Source of the DNA: Felis catus
Taxonomy: Eukaryota
DNA length: 64,000 nucleotides
Direction: 5' to 3'
Assembly (NCBI RefSeq): GCF_018350175.1
Contig: NC_058382.1
Span: 54,500,001 to 54,564,000, forward strand
The notes under the pieces were generated by a model that saw only the letters and a program-made list of their open reading frames with translations, had not been told where the DNA came from and ran no database searches. The number at the start of each line of letters is the position of its first letter. Position 1 is the stretch's first letter. A program made the translations under genes and the position numbers. Positions 62,914 to 64,000 of this stretch are shown in pieces.

Positions 62914-63360
62914 CTCTTTCTCGCTCTCTTTCTCTTTCTGTCTCTTTCCCTCTGCCCCTCTCCCCCACTCACTACCTCTCTAAAACAATAAATTTTAAAA
63001 GTGGGGAGAGAGTTATCAATAAGTGTAGCACAGAGGATTTTTAGGGCAGTGAAAATACTCTGTGAGAATGTAACAGTGGATACATGTCATTACACATTTG
63101 TCAAAAGCCGTAGAATATACAACAGCAAGAATGAATTCTAATATAAACTCTGGATTTTAGGTAATAATAATAATAGGTCATTGTAGGCTCACTGATTGTG
63201 ATAAATGTACCACTCTGATGGGGGAATAATAGTTAATAGTGGAACAGGCTGTACGTGTTTGGGGAGGTAGGGGTAGCTGAAAACTCGTGGTGCTTTCTAC
63301 TCCGTTTTGCTGTGAACCTGAATCTTGTCTAAAAAATAAGTTCATTAATTTTTTAAAAAG
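62440..63360 (+). mobile_element. Old L1 (L1MC-like) 3' end
   Basis: GGATTTTTAGGGCAGTGAAAATACTCTG...GCTGTGAACCT...CTAAAAAATAAG. Confidence 0.8.
62718..63000 (+). mobile_element. CanSINE with expanded (CT)n, inside an old L1 3' end
   Basis: Diverged head; CT tract at about 62855-62945. Confidence 0.88.
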
Positions 63361-64000
63361 TGAACAGGAATATGAGAACATGATTGGGAGTTTGAAAAGG
63401 GATAATAAAAGGATTGCTAAGCAGAATTGAGTATGGATTAGAAGTGAGCATGAATTGTGTAGTGACCCTGCAGGCAGTTTTGTGGAACGTTGGACAGCCT
63501 GAGCATAGGAAGGGACCGTCTTCCTGGCATATCAGTAAGAGGAATTCGATGATGGTCGGGTGAATGAAGGATTTTTGAGTCTTCCTTAATATTCTCCCCA
63601 CATTTCGTTTTCTTTTGCTGATAACACTAGGTGGAAAAAATATAAGTTAATTGAAAGTATTCCGTTAAAAACACAAAATAAAACACTAGATGAATTGGTG
63701 AATGGGATGAGTTTGGTGATGAGACATGACATCAGTTGTCATTAAAGCTGCCAGATGCCAGTGTTCTAACAAAAGAGCCTTTCAGTCATACTTTCACAGG
63801 TACAATATTTAATGTAAAGTACTCGTTTAGATTAGGTCATTGGCATTAAGTTGGCAAAAGCCGAAAGAAGAAACACAACTCTCCACAGCAAAGAACTCAG
63901 CAATAATAACTAATTGATCGTGTGATAAGCACTGTTCTAAACCCCATTATGCCTACTTTACAGATAAGGAAACCTTCATTTTCTCAAGGTCACAGGAAAG

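Noticed and set aside
58096..64000. ATMIN exon 2
   Set aside because: No acceptor followed by a second zinc-finger coding sequence was recognised; it probably lies beyond the window.

Overview
Mammalian genomic DNA, almost certainly from a felid (dense carnivore tRNA-derived CanSINEs, including the young cat-type subfamily). It covers the CMC2-CENPN-ATMIN locus. CMC2 is complete on the minus strand: a noncoding exon 1 plus three coding exons, 79 aa, twin CX9C. CENPN is complete on the plus strand: a noncoding exon 1 plus ten coding exons, 338 aa. The two are head-to-head on one CpG island near 27.6-28.9 kb. ATMIN exon 1 sits in a second CpG island near 57.6-58.7 kb; no exon 2 was recognised in the window. 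All coding junctions were read by hand, are GT-AG and keep frame. The rest is SINE, L1, L2, MIR, LTR and DNA-transposon sequence, which explains most of the ORF track. I found no credible new biological system. The best leads are RNA-level. An internally deleted Tigger1 sits 4 nt after the CMC2 stop codon. An out-of-frame uORF, created by splicing, overlaps the CENPN start. There are felid counterparts of two alternative CENPN terminal exons, a candidate CMC2 poison exon, a zero-spacer inverted SINE pair, and several possible DNA-repair scars. Gene and repeat names and all human comparisons come from recall, not searches; repeat boundaries are approximate.
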